Origin: Prevotellaceae bacterium
GTDB taxonomy: Bacteria > Bacteroidota > Bacteroidia > Bacteroidales > Bacteroidaceae
Assembly (NCBI GenBank): GCA_021153165.1
Contig: JAGKTZ010000003.1
Coordinates: forward strand, 6,506-70,505
Direction of reading: 5' to 3'
DNA length: 64,000 nt
Shown here: positions 60,389 to 64,000 of the stretch, one piece after another
Layout: each line of letters begins with the position of its first letter
Numbering within the stretch: the stretch's first letter is position 1
Notes under the pieces: model-generated
Seen by the model: only the letters and a program-made list of their open reading frames with translations
The model's database searches: none
What the model was told of the DNA's origin: nothing
Made by a program: the position numbers and the translations under genes

Positions 60389-60947
60389 AGTCGTTGTTGT
60401 CTTCCAAATCGTCCACGATCACACCTTCTGCATTCATGCGCTCCATCAGTGCTTTCAGTTTCTTGGAGTTTACGGCTTGATCCTTGCTGGGAATCATCAC
60501 GGGCACTTGGCGTGAGAAACTTTGTTCAAGTGAAATCAATGTTTCGGTTGAAACGACGCCTGGGATCTCCTGGATGTGGTGGTTGAGCAATTTCATCAGG
60601 TGTTCGTTGTCGCGGCAGTAGAGTTTCACCAGCATTGTATAAGGACCTGTAGTGAAGTGGCACTCCACGATCTCGTCAATCTTTTCCAATGCAGCCGCTA
60701 CGCCTTGGTACATCGAACCGCGCTCCAACTTAATTCCGACATATGTACATGTGCTATAACCGATGCGCTTTGCATTGACATTATATCCTGAGCCAGTGAT
60801 GACACCAGCTTCTGTCAAACGCAATACACGTTGATGAATTGCTGCTCTCGAAACGCCGCACGCTTCAGCCACATCTTTGAAAGGCACGCGTGCATCCATA
60901 GAAATGATTTGAAGAATCTTCAGATCTAGTAGGTCAACCTTTTTCAT
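60387..60947 (-). CDS. Lrp/AsnC family transcriptional regulator
   Basis: DLLDLKIL...DARVPFKDVAEACGVSRAAIHQRV HTH; ECHFTTGPY; -7 box TACCTTTG at 60988-60981. Confidence 0.93.
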   Translation of the reverse strand: MKKVDLLDLKILQIISMDARVPFKDVAEACGVSRAAIHQRVLRLTEAGVITGSGYNVNAKRIGYSTCTYVGIKLERGSMYQGVAAALEKIDEIVECHFTTGPYTMLVKLYCRDNEHLMKLLNHHIQEIPGVVSTETLISLEQSFSRQVPVMIPSKDQAVNSKKLKALMERMNAEGVIVDDLEDNND

Positions 60948-61262
60948 ATTTTTGTGTTTATTTTTGTTTTGAAATGCACGCAAAGGTAGAAATAAAATTT
61001 ACATATAGCAATTTTTGTACCCTAAAAAATATACAAAATGTAAATATTTTGCTACAAAATTTGGAGTATAGACAAAAGAGCCTCTGTTTTTTCTGTCATA
61101 ATCCTGAATTTGTGCCTCACTGCGCCCTCTCGGATGGCATGGATTGTGCCTGTTTCAATCGTAGCTAAATGGTGTTTTATGGCAAGCGTGTGGAGAAAAC
61201 AAATGATGCTCCCAGAGAGTCGATAGACCTTGAGAGCATCATTGATGGATATCATATATATA

Positions 61263-62498
61263 TTATAATGTACTAAGGGGTTTGGACAATGCCACTGCTT
61301 CGAAGATTTTGTCGGCGGCGCCTGCATTTTCGTGAATGTATTGTCCTGCCATTTCGCCGGCGTGTTGCAAACTGTCGGGATGTTGAGCGAAATTGGTCAT
61401 GGCGTGTTCGAAATCCTCGGCACCGTGTATCTCGATGCAACCACCATTTTTCAACAAAGCCTGGGCTTCGCGAAATTTGCCGTTGTTTGGACCAATAAAT
61501 ACGGGAATGCCGTAGACCGCTGCTTCGGGTACGTTGTGAATACCCACACCAAATCCGCCGCCGACGTAGGCTAATTTTGCGTAGCGGTAGATGCTGGACA
61601 GGAGGCCGTAGCAGTCAATGATCAGGCATTCGGCTTGTACTACATTGTCGGCGCTGGCTTGCGTGTAGCGCACGGCTGGACGACGCAACTTCCCTTCGAT
61701 TTCGCGCAGGTGTTCATCTGATACCACGTGTGGAGCGAGGATCAGGCACCATCCTTCGTGTCGGTTGAAGTAGTCTATCAGAATATCTTCGTCGGGCGCC
61801 CAACTGCTACCCGCCACTAGGACTTGTCTGCCCTGGGCAAAGGCTTCGCACAACGGCAGGTGCTTGGCTTCGTTCTGGATGTCTATCACACGGTCGAAGC
61901 GCGTATCTCCTACCACCGATACGTTGCTCACGCCGATTTGTGCCAGGAGCGATTTCGACGCCTCGTTTTGTACGAAAAAATGTGTGATACGTCTCAGACA
62001 ACGTGCATAGTTTTTGCCGTACCAGCGGAAGAATATTTGTCCCTCGCGAAAGATGCTCGACACACTATACACCGGGATGTCGTGCTGATGGAGCACGTCG
62101 ATATAATTGCGCCAGAATTCGTACTTGATGAAATAGGCAGCCGTGGGGCGTGCCAGGCGGACAAATTTGCGCGCATTTATTGGCGTGTCAAAAGGGAGGT
62201 AGCACACGATGTCGGCCCCAGCATAATCCTTGCGCACCTCGTACCCTGAAGGCGAGAAGAAAGTCAGCAGAATCTTTTGCTCAGGGTGCGTACGGCGCAG
62301 GCGTTCCATCAGCGGACGTCCTTGTTCGAATTCGCCCAACGATGCCGCATGAAACCACACGTAGGTGTCGTTGCCTACCGCCTGGCGCAGGGTTCGCCAC
62401 GTCTGGCGTTGACCACGTGTCATCAGTCGCGCTTTCTTGTGGAAAAGCGCAACGATGTTCACAATGATCATATAGAGGTATATCGCCAGAGAGTACAT
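61263..62498 (-). CDS. waaA: Kdo transferase
   Basis: WFHAASLGE, TFFSPSG, YLPFD, GDTRFD, VAGSSW, YVGGGF, HNVPEAA. Confidence 0.95.
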   Translation of the reverse strand: MYSLAIYLYMIIVNIVALFHKKARLMTRGQRQTWRTLRQAVGNDTYVWFHAASLGEFEQGRPLMERLRRTHPEQKILLTFFSPSGYEVRKDYAGADIVCYLPFDTPINARKFVRLARPTAAYFIKYEFWRNYIDVLHQHDIPVYSVSSIFREGQIFFRWYGKNYARCLRRITHFFVQNEASKSLLAQIGVSNVSVVGDTRFDRVIDIQNEAKHLPLCEAFAQGRQVLVAGSSWAPDEDILIDYFNRHEGWCLILAPHVVSDEHLREIEGKLRRPAVRYTQASADNVVQAECLIIDCYGLLSSIYRYAKLAYVGGGFGVGIHNVPEAAVYGIPVFIGPNNGKFREAQALLKNGGCIEIHGAEDFEHAMTNFAQHPDSLQHAGEMAGQYIHENAGAADKIFEAVALSKPLSTL

Positions 62499-62540
62499 TG
62501 CGTATCAGTCAAAGTACATTACGTATCAGTCAGAGTACAT
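62492..62540 (-). repeat. 21-bp tandem triplication of the waaA start region
   Basis: ATGTACT at 62540, 62519 and 62498 on the minus strand. Confidence 0.9.
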
Positions 62541-62565
62541 GCAGATGTGCCAGGGTAAAATCTAT

Positions 62566-64000
62566 TTATGCCAAGGCCTCGAGAGCGAAGCGCATACGTT
62601 TCAGGGTTTCTTCCTTGCCCAGGAATTCTGCCAAATCGTGCATATCTGGACCCTTGCCTGCACCGACCAACATCACGCGCCAAGCATTCCATGGCTTCAC
62701 GCCCGTTGCTTCGACCCAAGCATCAATAGCCTTGCGTTGTGCATCGGCTGAGAAATCTTCCAGTCCCTCGAGCAATTCGATCAGTGCCTGCATCTCTTGT
62801 GGAGCGTTGTCCTTCCAGTTTTTGCGGATGAACTTATCTTCTTTGTCAAAGGTCTGAGGCGCGATAAAGAAGAAGTCGCACAGTGGCCACAATTCCTTGA
62901 TGAAGTTGATCTTCTTCATCTTCATCATTGCCACGACAGCTTCTACTTTTTCCATAGGTGCTTCGATGCCGTTTTCGCGCAGTATCTTGTCAAAGTCTTT
63001 AGCCAGGACAGCATTGTCAGCGCTTTGGATATATTCGCGGTTGAACCATTGTCCCTTCACGTAGTCAAACTTCGCGCCAGCCTTAGAGCACTTCGCCAGG
63101 TCAAACTGTTCGATCAGTTCTTGCATAGAGAGGATTTCCTGATCTGTGCCAGGGTTCCAGCCGAGCAGAGCCAGGAAGTTGACCACAGCCTCGGGCAGGT
63201 AGCCACTTTCGCGGTAGCCTGACGAGATGGTGCCGTCGGCAGCGTGCCATTCCAATGGAAATACGGGGAAGCCCAGACGGTCGCCGTCGCGCTTAGAAAG
63301 TTTGCCCTTGCCGTCGGGTTTGAGCAACAGAGGCAAGTGTGCGAAACGGGGCATAGTGTCCTGCCAACCGAACGCACGATATAAGAGTACGTGCAGTGGA
63401 GCAGAGGGCAACCATTCCTCGCCACGGATCACGTGTGTGATTTCCATGAGGTGGTCGTCCACGATATTAGCCAAGTGATAAGTGGGCAATTGGTCCGCAC
63501 TCTTGTAGAGCACCTTGTCGTCCAGGATAGTCGAGTTGATCTTCACGTCACCACGGATCATGTCGTCCACGTGAATATCTTCGCCTGGCTGGATTTTGAA
63601 GCGCACCACATATTGTGTGCCAGCAGCGATCAGGGCTTGCACCTCGTCGGCAGGCATAGTGAGCGAATTGCGCATCTCGCCACGAGTGGTTGCGTCGTAT
63701 TGGAAGTTTTCCTTTTCAGCACGCTTAGCGTCCAGTTCCTCGGGAGTATCGAAGGCGATGTAAGCCTTGTCCTCAGCCAGGAGTTGGTCTACATATTTTT
63801 TGTAGATTTCGCGGCGTTCGCTTTGGCGGTATGGACCCTTGTCGCCGCCGTAACTTACGCCTTCGTCAAACTCAATGCCGAGCCACTTGAAGGATTCGAT
63901 GATATACTCCTCGGCACCGGGCACGAAGCGTTGAGAGTCGGTGTCCTCAATACGGAACACCATCTTGCCGCCGTGCTGACGGGCAAACAGGTAGTTGTAC
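62566..64000 (-). CDS. gltX: Glutamate--tRNA ligase (N-terminus beyond window)
   Basis: [53 protein letters not shown]. Confidence 0.97.
   Translation of the reverse strand, partial: YNYLFARQHGGKMVFRIEDTDSQRFVPGAEEYIIESFKWLGIEFDEGVSYGGDKGPYRQSERREIYKKYVDQLLAEDKAYIAFDTPEELDAKRAEKENFQYDATTRGEMRNSLTMPADEVQALIAAGTQYVVRFKIQPGEDIHVDDMIRGDVKINSTILDDKVLYKSADQLPTYHLANIVDDHLMEITHVIRGEEWLPSAPLHVLLYRAFGWQDTMPRFAHLPLLLKPDGKGKLSKRDGDRLGFPVFPLEWHAADGTISSGYRESGYLPEAVVNFLALLGWNPGTDQEILSMQELIEQFDLAKCSKAGAKFDYVKGQWFNREYIQSADNAVLAKDFDKILRENGIEAPMEKVEAVVAMMKMKKINFIKELWPLCDFFFIAPQTFDKEDKFIRKNWKDNAPQEMQALIELLEGLEDFSADAQRKAIDAWVEATGVKPWNAWRVMLVGAGKGPDMHDLAEFLGKEETLKRMRFALEALA

Overview
This is a 64-kb chromosomal segment from a Bacteroidales bacterium; gene content and TAnnTTTG promoters suggest Prevotellaceae. 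It is mostly housekeeping: partial glyQS, dgt, metG, acpP-fabF-rnc, mutS, secDF, sbcCD, ispG, purE, rpoN, purL, sufE, waaA and partial gltX. It also encodes surface-glycan proteins (orphan Wzc, Wzx-like flippase, GT2), secreted peptidases (M6, M3, M28/QC) and host-glycan hydrolases (GH20, GH29, sialate O-acetylesterase). I saw no tRNA, rRNA, CRISPR array, transposase or integrase. The most unusual signal is non-coding, a modular family of intergenic elements. (1) Nine arrays of ~21-bp-period A-tract/T-tract quasi-palindromes. (2) Four copies of a unit with fixed spacing: a half-parS-like GTTYCAC box, a -33/-7 promoter, and a ~50-nt transcript with a conserved GAUAAGAAAGUG leader and a covarying hairpin. 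All four sit between convergent genes. (3) Two ~350-bp elements bounded by an exact 21-bp direct repeat. Other oddities: fabF lacks about 70 codons including the catalytic-Cys region, there is a stand-alone sRNA candidate at ~7.2 kb, long hairpins in the rnc operon, an AT-rich DUF1643-like gene, and a triplicated start region that creates mini-uORFs before waaA. All family assignments come from motif recognition, not database searches.
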